DNA of 64,000 bases from Bacilli bacterium (lineage in GTDB: Bacteria; Bacillota_I; Bacilli_A; RFN20; CAG-826): the NCBI GenBank assembly GCA_044372565.1, contig JBILRP010000001.1, positions 45,524 to 109,523 on the forward strand. The letters are read 5' to 3'. Under the pieces are notes generated by a model. That model saw only the letters and a list, made by a program, of their open reading frames with translations, was not told the DNA's origin and did not search any database. Of the stretch, positions 8,686 to 19,492 are shown piece after piece. Position numbers and translations under genes: made by a program. Each line of letters opens with the position of its first letter. The stretch's first letter is position 1.

Positions 8686-9329
8686 TATTGGAGCACCTCC
8701 TCAATCTTTGAAATCGTTGGTTGTGCCAACACGATAAAGTCTGCTTTAATCACATCGATAGCAGAAAGTTGATCGCGTGTCACATAACTCACTTTGGTTA
8801 AATTTCTCACAGCCAAGGCAACAAATTCATTGCTGGTTTCCCCAACCAATAAAATCTTGCCGGTTAACTTTAAGGCTTTGATGGCATCCAAAGCATTCTT
8901 GGTTTTCGCATTCTTAAAGGAAAGATTGTCAACAATCATTAATTTCTTGTCTAAGAATTTTTCAGATAAAGCTGAGCGGAATGCTAAGCGATATTGTTTT
9001 TTATTTTGGGCAAGCGAATGATTTTCTTTTCCGGTTGGACCAAAGACGATCCCACCACCAACCCAAATTGGTGAACGCTTCATCCCAGCACGAGCGCGAC
9101 CTGTTCCTTTTTGCTTCCAAGGTTTAATCCCTGAACCAGCAACTTCGGATTTGGTTTTTGTTTTTGCATTGCTTTGGCGAGCATTGGCTTGAGCAACTTG
9201 AACTGCATCAAACATGGTTTGACGATGAGGAGCGATAGAAAAAATTTCACCATTCAATTGAATCGTGGAAACTTTGCTTCCTGCTAATGAAAGGACGTCG
9301 ATGGATAAGTTTTCTGTTTTCTTTGCCAT
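8685..9329 (-). CDS. rplD: 50S ribosomal protein L4 (uL4)
   Basis: Contains KPWKQKGTGRARAG...WVGGGIVFGP, an L4 motif. Confidence 0.95.
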   Translation of the reverse strand: MAKKTENLSIDVLSLAGSKVSTIQLNGEIFSIAPHRQTMFDAVQVAQANARQSNAKTKTKSEVAGSGIKPWKQKGTGRARAGMKRSPIWVGGGIVFGPTGKENHSLAQNKKQYRLAFRSALSEKFLDKKLMIVDNLSFKNAKTKNALDAIKALKLTGKILLVGETSNEFVALAVRNLTKVSYVTRDQLSAIDVIKADFIVLAQPTISKIEEVLQ

Positions 9330-9343
9330 GTGATGATCCCTCC

Positions 9344-10033
9344 TTATTTAGCAGCCAATTGACGATTAATCAATGGCTTCGCGACAAGAGCTTGTCCTAA
9401 TTGAGTTTTAATTGCAGAGCGAATCATGACATAACCTAAGTTAGGTCCTGGAATGCCTCCACGAACAAGTAAGGCGTTTTTCGCTTTGTCAACACCAACC
9501 ACCAATAAGTTAATGATGGTTGCTTGTTTTTCACCATGATGACCGGCCATGTGTTTGCCAGGGTGAACGCGGTTGTTGGTACGACCAACAGTCGCCATTG
9601 AACCAGGACCACGGTGAGGATAAGACGCACCATGTGATTTTGGAGAAATCGTATTGTGATAACGTTTAATTGTTCCCGAGAAACCTTTACCCTTAGACGT
9701 TCCAATCACATCGACAACATCACCATTTTTAAATACGGTGACGTCTAAATTGTCACCAACTTTTAAATTGCTGACATCAGTAAAAGGCAATTCACCTAAT
9801 TGTGTTTTTGCAGTCACATTGATTTTTTTATAAACACCAAGCGCTGGTTTATTCAAACGCTTTTCTGCAATATCTTTATATCCAATTTGAACGCCTACAT
9901 AACCATCTTTTTCTTTTGTTTTGATGGCGGTGATGGTGTTGGGTAAAACTTCAACAACCGTCACTGGATAAGTCGTGCCGTCTTCAGCAAAGACTTGCGT
10001 CATGCCCATTTTTCTTCCGATTAATGCTTTCAT
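9344..10033 (-). CDS. rplC: 50S ribosomal protein L3 (uL3)
   Basis: Contains MKALIGRKMGMTQVF...GKGFSGTIKRYH. Confidence 0.95.
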   Translation of the reverse strand: MKALIGRKMGMTQVFAEDGTTYPVTVVEVLPNTITAIKTKEKDGYVGVQIGYKDIAEKRLNKPALGVYKKINVTAKTQLGELPFTDVSNLKVGDNLDVTVFKNGDVVDVIGTSKGKGFSGTIKRYHNTISPKSHGASYPHRGPGSMATVGRTNNRVHPGKHMAGHHGEKQATIINLLVVGVDKAKNALLVRGGIPGPNLGYVMIRSAIKTQLGQALVAKPLINRQLAAK

Positions 10034-10047
10034 GATGGCCTCCTATC

Positions 10048-10359
10048 TTAAAGCTTAATGTCGATGTCGACGCCGTTTGGTAAGTCCAATTGGCGCAACG
10101 TATCGACCGTTGCTTTATTGTGATCAGTAATGTCGATCAACCGTTTGTGTGTACGAATTTCAAATTGTTCACGAGCGTCCTTATATTTGTGGACAGCACG
10201 TAATACCGTATAGACTTCTTTTTCCGTTGGAAGCGGAATAGGACCAACGACCGTTGCCCCTGTTTTGCGAACCGCTGCAACTAATTTTTGAACGCTAAGA
10301 TCTAACATCTTATGTTCATAAGCTTTGAGACGGACGCGAATCTTCTTGGATTTGGCCAT
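10048..10359 (-). CDS. rpsJ: 30S ribosomal protein S10 (uS10)
   Basis: [14 protein letters not shown]...RTHKRLIDI is canonical S10. It is the first gene of the operon. Confidence 0.95.
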   Translation of the reverse strand: MAKSKKIRVRLKAYEHKMLDLSVQKLVAAVRKTGATVVGPIPLPTEKEVYTVLRAVHKYKDAREQFEIRTHKRLIDITDHNKATVDTLRQLDLPNGVDIDIKL

Positions 10360-10419
10360 GAATTATTTCCTCCTTTGATGAATTTTCACAGAATGTTTCT
10401 TAAGCTCGATGCAAATTCC

Positions 10420-10457
10420 CTGACACCCATTCATGACAACGCCTGTGGGTGTGTCAG
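10420..10457 (-). promoter_or_regulatory. Stem-loop in the S10-operon 5' leader (function unknown)
   Basis: The arms ctgacaccca (10420-10429) and tgggtgtgtcag (10446-10457) form a ~10-bp stem with a 2-nt bulge. The element lies between the promoter and the rpsJ SD. Confidence 0.5.
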
Positions 10458-10491
10458 CAACCTCGCACGTCAACGCTAAGAGACAAACAAG

Positions 10492-10520
10492 ATTTTACCC
10501 TTGGTTATCGTCTATGTCAA
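10492..10520 (-). promoter_or_regulatory. Sigma-A type promoter of the S10 operon (TTGACA-17 nt-TAAAAT)
   Basis: On the minus strand TTGACA lies at 10520-10515 and TAAAAT at 10497-10492, separated by a 17-nt spacer. It is ~130 nt upstream of the rpsJ ATG. Confidence 0.75.
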
Positions 10521-10543
10521 CTATTTTTAATGAATTGTTTTGC

Positions 10544-11568
10544 CTACAAAATCAACATCGCATCCCCAAAGCTAAAAAACCGGTACTTTTGATCAATCGC
10601 TTCCTGGTAAATCCTCAAAAGGTTTTCTCGTCCAACCAACGCAGAAACCATCATCACCAACGTCGATTTAGGTAGATGGAAGTTAGTGATCAACCCATCA
10701 ATCGTTTGAAAAGTATATCCAGGGGTAATAAAGATATTAGTGGATGCTTTTTCCGCCTTAAATTGTTGATATTTCTGCCAATTGGCCTCTAAAGTTCTGG
10801 TGGCCGTCGTGCCAATGGCGATTAACCGTTTGCCTTTTGTTTTTGCAGCATTTAGTGCGTTTGCGCTATGTTCTTGAATTTCATAACGTTCTTCATGCAT
10901 CACATGGGCTTCCGTGGTATCAACCTTCACCGGTTTAAAGGTTCCTAAGCCAATTTGCAAAGTGACATCCACCATCTCAATGCCTCGGTTGGTCAATTGG
11001 CTTATTAAACTTTCTGTAAAATGAAATCCCGCCGTTGGGGCTGCAGCAGATCCCGGGACTTTGGCGTACACCGTTTGATAACGACTAGAATCTTGTAACT
11101 GGGCTTTGATATACGGAGGTAAAGGCACGGTGCCTAAATGGGCAAGCACTTCCAAAAAGATCCCTTGAAAATGAAATTGAAAAAGCCGATTACCCTCTTC
11201 TTCGATGCCTATGCATGTTGCTTTCAGTTCTCCATTGCCAAAAGTAATAATCGTGTTCATTTTCACAACTTTTGCATTACCGACCATGCATCGATATCGA
11301 CCTTGGCCTAAATCATCCAACAACAATAATTCCACATGGGCATTGGTTTCTGTTTTTGTTCCAAATAAACGTGCGGGAATGACTTTGGTGTTGTTACGAA
11401 TCAAGACATCCGTTGGTTGTAAATATTCGCCAATATCCTTGAATATTCGATGGGTGATCGTTTGAGTTTTTCGATGGTAGACAAGCAAGCGACTATGGTC
11501 ACGTTGATCACTTGGGGATTGGGCAATCAACTCGAGGGGCAGATGAAAATCAAATAAGCGAATGTCCA

Positions 11569-11569
<1 letters not shown>
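10544..11569 (-). CDS. queA: S-adenosylmethionine:tRNA ribosyltransferase-isomerase
   Basis: The N-terminus MDIRLFDFHLPLELIAQSPSDQRDHSRLLV, the 341-aa length and adjacency to tgt support the call. Confidence 0.92.
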
Positions 11570-12696
<1,127 letters not shown>

Positions 12697-13221
12697 TTAA
12701 TGAGTTCCGCCTTTCATCAATTGAAGTAAACGAGGTTGCAATTCAATCAAAACCACCAAGGGTAATCCTAATAAAATCAATACGGCAGCCTCACCCACAG
12801 CAACACTGATTCCGGTGGTAAAAGCAAAACCGATGAATGCGGATGGTTCGATCGATAATGCATACGGCAGAAAAATAGCTAAATATAATGCATTCAAGAC
12901 AATTGGCGCTAGTAAACCAACCCAGCGAGGTTTGGTTCTTATCATGAAATGTAACGCGAGGAAGGAAACCAATGATCCTAAGACAGCATCCAAGACAGAA
13001 AAAGCCCCACCAAGTGGACCAAAAAAGTTAGCAATAAACGTCCCAATCACAAGACCAACCAGATAATCTTTACGGAACCAAGCCAAGACAAGCAAGGCTT
13101 CCGATACCCGAAACTGAATGGCAAGGTAACTTAAGGTGTTTAAAGGTGGCACCAAGGTCAAAACGATATAAATCGTAGCAATCATCGCGTTTCTAGTCAT
13201 GGAATGAATATTCATGGTCAT
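12697..13221 (-). CDS. queT: QueT-family queuosine-precursor transporter (ECF S-component like)
   Basis: A 174-aa protein with ~5 TM segments (TRNAMIATIYIVLTLV...). It abuts tgt with no gap. Confidence 0.7.
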   Translation of the reverse strand: MTMNIHSMTRNAMIATIYIVLTLVPPLNTLSYLAIQFRVSEALLVLAWFRKDYLVGLVIGTFIANFFGPLGGAFSVLDAVLGSLVSFLALHFMIRTKPRWVGLLAPIVLNALYLAIFLPYALSIEPSAFIGFAFTTGISVAVGEAAVLILLGLPLVVLIELQPRLLQLMKGGTH

Positions 13222-13360
13222 GTCTTTTCAAAAAATATCATATCATGACCTTTCGAATTGATTGGGTGAAAAAACCACCTTTTATGATAAAATCCTATTA
13301 ATAACCTTCATTCATTGTTCAAGGTTAGATGCGGGGAAATTTCCCCTCGGAGGAAGAAGT

Positions 13361-14245
13361 ATGCCAAAGTTTGCAGTTGTCTCTGACTCATGTGTGGACT
13401 TACCACTCAAAGTCGCTCAGAAATTAGACCTCAATGTGGTCCCTATGATCGTCACCATCGACGATAAGACCTATCGTAATTTTCTAGACGAAAGAGAAAT
13501 CACCACGGCCAAGTTCAATGAATTCTTAAAAAACAAAGCTAAGCCAAAAACCTCACAGCCTGCCCCTCAAGAAGTCATGGATGTGGTCGAACCTTTATTG
13601 AAGGCTGGCCAAGATGTTCTCTTAATGAGTATTTCCAGCAACTTATCGCAAACCTTCAATTCAATGAACATTGCGAAAACAGAATTAAAACAAAAGTATC
13701 CAAAACGCCGAATCGAATTATTTGACACCCTCAACGCTTCCTTAGGTGAAGGGATGTTGGTTCACAAAGCCTTACTTTTAAAGAATGAAGAAAAGACCAT
13801 GGATGAAACCTTGGCCTACTTAAACAGCATTCGTAATAAAGTGGTGGCGGTGGTTGCATTTGATGACTTATCTCACTTATTACGTGGCGGTCGCATCAAT
13901 GCTGCTAAGTTTGCCCTTGGTTCAGTGCTTGGGATTAAACCAGTGTTAATTTGCAACTCGGAAGGTCGCATTGTTCCCGTTCCAAAATTAAAGTTACGTG
14001 GCCGTAAGAACGCCTTGAACTTCTTATTAGAAACCTTTAAGAAGTATGTTGAACAAGATGACTCCGTGTTTATTGTTCATTCAGACTCTGCTGACGATGC
14101 AAAATTCCTTGGCGAAGAATTAAAGAAGATTCGTCCAGGAATTAAGACCTTATTAACCAACACGATGGGACCTGTCATTGGCGCACACGGTGGTTTAGGA
14201 ACCATCGGCATCATGTTCGTTGGTAAAACCAAAGACATCGAATAG
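13361..14245 (+). CDS. DegV family fatty-acid-binding protein
   Basis: MPKFAVVSDSCVDLP... is typical of DegV. A GGAGG SD lies 6 nt upstream of the ATG at 13361. The 33 codons of the tracked ORF upstream of this ATG have no SD. Confidence 0.85.
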   Translation: MPKFAVVSDSCVDLPLKVAQKLDLNVVPMIVTIDDKTYRNFLDEREITTAKFNEFLKNKAKPKTSQPAPQEVMDVVEPLLKAGQDVLLMSISSNLSQTFNSMNIAKTELKQKYPKRRIELFDTLNASLGEGMLVHKALLLKNEEKTMDETLAYLNSIRNKVVAVVAFDDLSHLLRGGRINAAKFALGSVLGIKPVLICNSEGRIVPVPKLKLRGRKNALNFLLETFKKYVEQDDSVFIVHSDSADDAKFLGEELKKIRPGIKTLLTNTMGPVIGAHGGLGTIGIMFVGKTKDIE

Positions 14246-14262
14246 TCTATTTTGATTAGATT

Positions 14263-14292
14263 AAAAAAGGACAGTCATCTGTCCTTTTTTTT
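14263..14292. terminator. Bidirectional rho-independent terminator between degV and gatB
   Basis: The structure is an A6 run, GGACAG (14269-14274), a tcat loop, CTGTCC (14279-14284) and a T8 run. Confidence 0.85.
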
Positions 14293-14296
14293 ATGC

Positions 14297-15727
14297 TTAT
14301 TTTTTTGCTTTCAATAAACGAATCAATATGTCATTGGTTAAGGTTGGATTAACCTTGCCACCGGTTTTTTTCATGATTTGACCAATCAAGAAACCAACGG
14401 CCCGATCCTTGCCTTGTTGATAATCCACGATCGATTGAGGGTTGGCAAGCAAAACTGCTTCTACTTCTTTTTGAATATAGCCTTCATCAGATATTTGTAA
14501 CATCTTTTTCTTGTCTGCGATGGTCCGTGGATCTCCTGTTTCAGTGAGCATGATTTCAAAAAGCTCTTTGGCTTGTTTGTTCGAAATCTCGTTCTTAGAA
14601 ATCATATCAATCAATACCGCAAACCGTTTGGCTTCAATCGGAAAGTCGGCAATCACGGAGACAGTCTTATTTAAATAACTGGCAATGTCACTTAACAACC
14701 AATTGGCGTACAACTTATAGTGTTTACCAAATGAGGTCAAAGCATCAAAATATTCGGAGATAGCAACATCTTGGGTTAATTGATTGGCGTCATAAGCACT
14801 CAACCCAAACGACTGTTGATACCGTTGTCGTTTATTCGTCGATAAAGGAAGTGAAGACGTAATCGCGGATTGAATGAAGGCAGCTTCTAAATCGATAGGA
14901 ACTAAATTCGGTTCGGTAAAATATTTATAATCCACCGCATCGGTTTTCTTCCGCATGAGAATCGTTTCTTTTTTCAGTTCATCATAACGACGAGTTTCTT
15001 GTTGAACCGGAATTCCAGAAATCAACAATCGTTCTTGGCGAATCATTTCCACATCAATCGCCCGTTGAACATTGGCGATGGAATTAAGATTTTTGATTTC
15101 TACTTTCGTGCCAAAGGTTTCCACCCCAATCGGCCGCATGGAAATGTTGACGTCGCAACGAAGCGAACCTTCTTCCATTTTTCCGGTTGAGACTTTTAGG
15201 AAAGAAACAATTTGGCGAATCGCATCGACAAAGGCTGCTGCTTGCGACCCAGTACGAATATCGGGACGGGTGACAATTTCCATTAAAGGAATGCCAGCGC
15301 GATTATAATCGACCAAGGTAAACCCTTCGTAATGATGCTGCATCGCGGTATCTTCTTCCACATGAAGGCGTTCAATGCGGATTGGAAACGGTGTACCTTC
15401 TACATCGACTTCAATGCGACCAGTTGAACCAATCGGGCGGGCGTTTTGGGTGATTTGATAACCCTTGGGTAAATCTGGATAAAAATAATTTTTACGGTCA
15501 AACCATAATTGCGGATCAATGGTTAATTGAAGCGCATGACACACTTGAATGGCGTTGATAATCGCTTGGCGATTCACCACGGGCATGGTCCCTGGGTGGC
15601 CTAAATCAAGTGGGGTGACAGCAGCGTTTGCTTCTGCTTTGTAGGTAACCGGTGCAGAGGAAAACATTTTTGTTTTCGTGCTCATTTCCACGTGAATTTC
15701 TAAACCAATGACTGCCTCAAAATTCAT
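14297..15727 (-). CDS. gatB: Asp/Glu-tRNA amidotransferase subunit B
   Basis: Contains MNFEAVIGLEIHVE...NRAGIPLMEIV. The 476-aa length and the 4-nt overlap with gatA support the call. Confidence 0.95.
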   Translation of the reverse strand: MNFEAVIGLEIHVEMSTKTKMFSSAPVTYKAEANAAVTPLDLGHPGTMPVVNRQAIINAIQVCHALQLTIDPQLWFDRKNYFYPDLPKGYQITQNARPIGSTGRIEVDVEGTPFPIRIERLHVEEDTAMQHHYEGFTLVDYNRAGIPLMEIVTRPDIRTGSQAAAFVDAIRQIVSFLKVSTGKMEEGSLRCDVNISMRPIGVETFGTKVEIKNLNSIANVQRAIDVEMIRQERLLISGIPVQQETRRYDELKKETILMRKKTDAVDYKYFTEPNLVPIDLEAAFIQSAITSSLPLSTNKRQRYQQSFGLSAYDANQLTQDVAISEYFDALTSFGKHYKLYANWLLSDIASYLNKTVSVIADFPIEAKRFAVLIDMISKNEISNKQAKELFEIMLTETGDPRTIADKKKMLQISDEGYIQKEVEAVLLANPQSIVDYQQGKDRAVGFLIGQIMKKTGGKVNPTLTNDILIRLLKAKK

Positions 15728-17181
15728 AAAGGCTTCCTCGTTTGAATCGATAAATTATAGAATCCTAATCCTGATTCGATGACGTGGGCAACATGCAGGG
15801 TGGTCGCTTCATCAAAAGCTCGACCCATGAGGTTACCGCCTACGGGCATGCCTGAATCAAAACCAATAGGAATGGTCACCGATGGTAATCCGGCGAAGTT
15901 ACCAAGGGCTAAATGGGAATCGGCAATTAAATACTGACTTGAAAGACGATCACTTGAATCCGTGAATTTAGGGGCAATCGTAGGTGCGGCTGGTAAATAA
16001 ATCGCATCATAGGTTTTGTAAATTTCATTCAATTGGTGAACAATCATCGCCCGAACTTTTTGCGCTCTTAAAAATAAGTCTTGTTGGTTTTCCCTCATCA
16101 AGACAAAACTACCAATGACAAATCGGCGTTTAATGAGTTCAGAAAAACCTTCCGTTCGTGCTTTCATCATCACATCTTGATAAGTCTTTCCCTCATATCC
16201 TGGACCAAACTTTAGACCATCCAAATTAGCATTGTTACTCGTCGCTTCTGCACACGAGATGGTCATATAAGTAGGATAAATGGCTTCTAGCAGTGGTAAA
16301 GGAAAATGAACGCGGTGGATGATCGCCCCTGCTGCTTCAAGTACTTTTAAACTCTTATCAAATAATCCAAGGATGGTTTTGTTGGTGATGGAGGCCATCA
16401 CTTCTTCAATGACCGCTATCTTTTTTCCCCGAATTCCAGCTTGAAAATTAAACTTGGGTAATTCGACGTTGGCACTGGTGGCATCTTGAGCATCCATTCC
16501 AGATAATAATGAGGTTAATAAAGAAGCGTCCATGACGGAGCGGGTGAAATAACCAACATGATCTAATGAGGGAGCAAAAGGAAATAAGCCGTAGCGAGAG
16601 ATTCTTCCCCATGTTGGTTTAAAGCCAACCAAACCAGCATAACTTGCGGGTTTTCTCACCGAGTCTCCGGTGTCACTGCCTAAACCAAACGGAACCATGC
16701 CACTACTGACCGCTGCTGCCGATCCTGAACTACTGCCGCCGATTTGTCGAGTCTTGGTTAAATCAAAGGGATTGTATTGCCAACCTTTATGACCAGTCAT
16801 CCCGGTGCCACCCATCGCCAATTCGTCCAAGGTTGTTTTACCAATCATGATGGCCTTGGCAGCTTTGAGTCGTGCATAAATCGTCGCATCAAACAAAGGA
16901 ATATACCCTTTTAAAATGTTACTTCCTGCGGTGGTTTCTAATCCCTTGGTGGAAAAATTATCTTTTAAGACAAACGGAATACCCCAAAACATGTTGTCTT
17001 TTTCTGGAACAGTTAACGCCTTAGCTTGCTGAATGGCTTCTGCTTCCGTGATCATTTCAAAACTGTTGTAGGTATCAGCTTTTGCCCGGCGAATGGCTTC
17101 CACCACTAATTCCAGAGGGGTAATTTTTTTGCTGACGAGGGCGTCATGAATCGAAACCATCGTTCCATCGAGAATATGCAT
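15724..17181 (-). CDS. gatA: Glutamyl-tRNA(Gln) amidotransferase subunit A
   Basis: Carries the amidase signature GGSSSGSAAAV. The ATG at 17181 lies 1 nt after the gatC TAA. The tracked ORF extends 18 codons further upstream into gatC. Confidence 0.93.
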   Translation of the reverse strand: MHILDGTMVSIHDALVSKKITPLELVVEAIRRAKADTYNSFEMITEAEAIQQAKALTVPEKDNMFWGIPFVLKDNFSTKGLETTAGSNILKGYIPLFDATIYARLKAAKAIMIGKTTLDELAMGGTGMTGHKGWQYNPFDLTKTRQIGGSSSGSAAAVSSGMVPFGLGSDTGDSVRKPASYAGLVGFKPTWGRISRYGLFPFAPSLDHVGYFTRSVMDASLLTSLLSGMDAQDATSANVELPKFNFQAGIRGKKIAVIEEVMASITNKTILGLFDKSLKVLEAAGAIIHRVHFPLPLLEAIYPTYMTISCAEATSNNANLDGLKFGPGYEGKTYQDVMMKARTEGFSELIKRRFVIGSFVLMRENQQDLFLRAQKVRAMIVHQLNEIYKTYDAIYLPAAPTIAPKFTDSSDRLSSQYLIADSHLALGNFAGLPSVTIPIGFDSGMPVGGNLMGRAFDEATTLHVAHVIESGLGFYNLSIQTRKPL

Positions 17182-17182
17182 C

Positions 17183-17479
17183 TTAGCCAACCACCTTCGG
17201 TAATTTGATTTGCCCTTCGCTGACATGATGGGCATTGCCGGTGGCTTCTTGTTGGGTTAACGTGACGCCGACCTCATCTGCTCGAAGGCCATGACTTCGG
17301 ATTGGAAATGGAAACGTCATCGGCGTCAACGCATCAACACCTTGAATTTTTCCAATCAACGCCATTTGTTTTAAAAGAATATCAAATTCACTGATCAAGA
17401 CTTCGTATTGGGAATCCGTCATGACAAATAATAAACGTGTGCTTGCATCGATTAATAACGTTTTATCAATTTTTTTCAT
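17183..17479 (-). CDS. gatC: Asp/Glu-tRNA amidotransferase subunit C
   Basis: A 98-aa protein placed immediately upstream of gatA/gatB. Confidence 0.85.
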   Translation of the reverse strand: MKKIDKTLLIDASTRLLFVMTDSQYEVLISEFDILLKQMALIGKIQGVDALTPMTFPFPIRSHGLRADEVGVTLTQQEATGNAHHVSEGQIKLPKVVG

Positions 17480-17487
17480 CGTGTTTA

Positions 17488-19488
17488 TTATACCTTGTCT
17501 TCTTCAAGGATGGCGAGTAGCCTTGGTTCAAGGATCACGGCAACGCCAAGGGATTCTGCCTTTGCTAACTTACTGCCAGCATCCTCTCCACAGATGAGCA
17601 TGTGGGTATGTTTAGAAACACTTGAGGTTACTTTTGCGCCCATCGATTCAAGCATGGTGGTTAAGGTTGGGCGGTCATAGGTCGTAAATGAACCGGTGAT
17701 GACCACCGTCTTTCCAGAGAAGAAGGTGGGTTTGCTCGTGGTCACTCCTAAATACGTTTGGTTGACCCCAAGCAAGATTAAATCTTGAATGATCTGTTGA
17801 TGTTTTGGGTTTTTAAAATATTGGATGATCGCTTCACTGACCACCGGACCAGTGTCGGCCAACGCCAGTAAGTCTTCAACCGTGGCAACGGATAAAGCTC
17901 GTAAAGTGAGAAACCTTTTGGCAAGCATTTTCGCGGTCTTTTCTCCCACTTCTTTAATGCCTAATCCCACCAATAATTTTTCTAGACTTCGTTGTTTACT
18001 TTCTTCAATCGCATCAAGGATGAGGGTGACAGATTTATCGGAATACCCATCGAGTAAAAGTAATGCTTTTCTTTTTTCGTGTAGTCGATAGAGGTCTGGA
18101 ATGGAACGAACAAACCCAAGCAACACCATTTCTTCAATGATCTTGTCGCCTAGGCCTTTGATGTCCATGGCTACCTTGGAGGCAAAGTGAATAATCCCTT
18201 CCACTTGTCTAGCACTGCACGCTTCATTCAAACAAAAATGCATCGCTTCCACACGAACCAAGGCAGTTCCACATGCGGGACATTGTTGAATCATCAATAC
18301 TTTTTTGGCATTAACTGAACGTTTTAATGGAAGCACTTGCACAACCTCAGGAATCACTTCTCCTGCTTTACGAATCAAGACGCGATCCCCAAGATGTAAA
18401 TCCTTTAACATCATGAAATCTTCGTTATGTAAAGTTGCGCGAGCAATCATGCTTCCAGAAACTTTGACGGGAGTGAGCACCGCATTAGGAGTGATTTTCC
18501 CTGTTCGTCCAACCGTAAAAATCACTTGCTCCAAGGTCGTTTCTACTAATTCGGGGGGATATTTATAAGCCACAGCCCAACGTGGGGTTTTTGCGGTGTA
18601 ACCTAACTTGGGTTGATCCGCTAAGGTGTTGACTTTAATGACAATCCCATCGGTATCATAGGCAAGATCACCACGACGGTTTTGATACGATTCAATATAA
18701 CGAATCACATCATCCATCCCGTTGAGTTGTTTGGTTTCAGGGTTGGTTTTAAATCCTTGTTTTGTTAAAAATGCTAATGCTTCTTGATGGGTGCTCATGC
18801 CTAATTCTGAAGCATTCACCACATAATAAAGATAGCAATCCAATTGGCGGGAGGCTGTCATTTTAGGATCCAATTGACGGATCGAACCCGCAGCCGCGTT
18901 TCGTGGATTGGCTAACAAGGGTTCACCTAAGCGCAGTCTTTCTTCATTGAGTTGTTTAAACACTGCCCGCGTCATCAACACTTCGCCTCTAACTTCAATC
19001 GTTCGTGAATCTGGAATGGTTAAAGGAATGGACTTGATGGTCTTGATGTTTTCCGTGACATCTTCACCGACTTCGCCATCGCCTCGAGTTGCCGCATACA
19101 CCATTTTGCCTTGACGATATTCAATGCTGATGGCAAGCCCATCAATTTTTAATTCACACACATAAGCAACAACCTCACGTCGATTCAACCCTTCTTGGAC
19201 ACGACGATCAAATTGAACCAGATCATTGCCATCATAGGCATTGGCTAACGACAACATCATCCGTGCATGTTTAATCTTTTTAAATGATGCCTGAACCGCA
19301 CCACCGACACGAACCGAAGGGGAGTGAGGCGACGCAAATTGCGGATTGGCTTTTTCTAAAGCGATTAACTCCTGCATCAATTGGTCATAGGTTGCGTCAT
19401 CAATCGAGGATTGATTCAACCCATAATACTCATGGTTGTATTGGTTTAATAAGTGTCGAAGGCGTTGAATACGTTGTTCGATATCCAT
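17488..19488 (-). CDS. ligA: NAD-dependent DNA ligase
   Basis: Contains the adenylation motif CELKIDGLA, a four-Cys zinc finger (CPACGT...C..C) and a BRCT-like C-terminus. It is 666 aa long. Confidence 0.95.
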   Translation of the reverse strand: MDIEQRIQRLRHLLNQYNHEYYGLNQSSIDDATYDQLMQELIALEKANPQFASPHSPSVRVGGAVQASFKKIKHARMMLSLANAYDGNDLVQFDRRVQEGLNRREVVAYVCELKIDGLAISIEYRQGKMVYAATRGDGEVGEDVTENIKTIKSIPLTIPDSRTIEVRGEVLMTRAVFKQLNEERLRLGEPLLANPRNAAAGSIRQLDPKMTASRQLDCYLYYVVNASELGMSTHQEALAFLTKQGFKTNPETKQLNGMDDVIRYIESYQNRRGDLAYDTDGIVIKVNTLADQPKLGYTAKTPRWAVAYKYPPELVETTLEQVIFTVGRTGKITPNAVLTPVKVSGSMIARATLHNEDFMMLKDLHLGDRVLIRKAGEVIPEVVQVLPLKRSVNAKKVLMIQQCPACGTALVRVEAMHFCLNEACSARQVEGIIHFASKVAMDIKGLGDKIIEEMVLLGFVRSIPDLYRLHEKRKALLLLDGYSDKSVTLILDAIEESKQRSLEKLLVGLGIKEVGEKTAKMLAKRFLTLRALSVATVEDLLALADTGPVVSEAIIQYFKNPKHQQIIQDLILLGVNQTYLGVTTSKPTFFSGKTVVITGSFTTYDRPTLTTMLESMGAKVTSSVSKHTHMLICGEDAGSKLAKAESLGVAVILEPRLLAILEEDKV

Positions 19489-19492
19489 GACC

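Noticed and set aside
13222-13320. Possible preQ1 riboswitch upstream of queT (small hairpin GGUGG-UUUUUU-CACC)
   Set aside because: The hairpin is not followed by the A-rich tail or the conserved nucleotides that I recall for preQ1-I or preQ1-II. -10-like elements (TATGAT/GATATT) lie downstream of it, so it is probably upstream of the TSS. An Infernal scan with the preQ1 models would settle this.
13262-13360. Upstream extensions of tracked ORFs: degV from 13262, gatA to 17235, rimI to 27101, groES from 51814 and the 45317 gene to 45961
   Set aside because: In each case an internal ATG has a proper SD or a stop/start overlap with the preceding gene and matches the conserved N-terminus. The extra codons overlap neighbouring genes or lack initiation signals.
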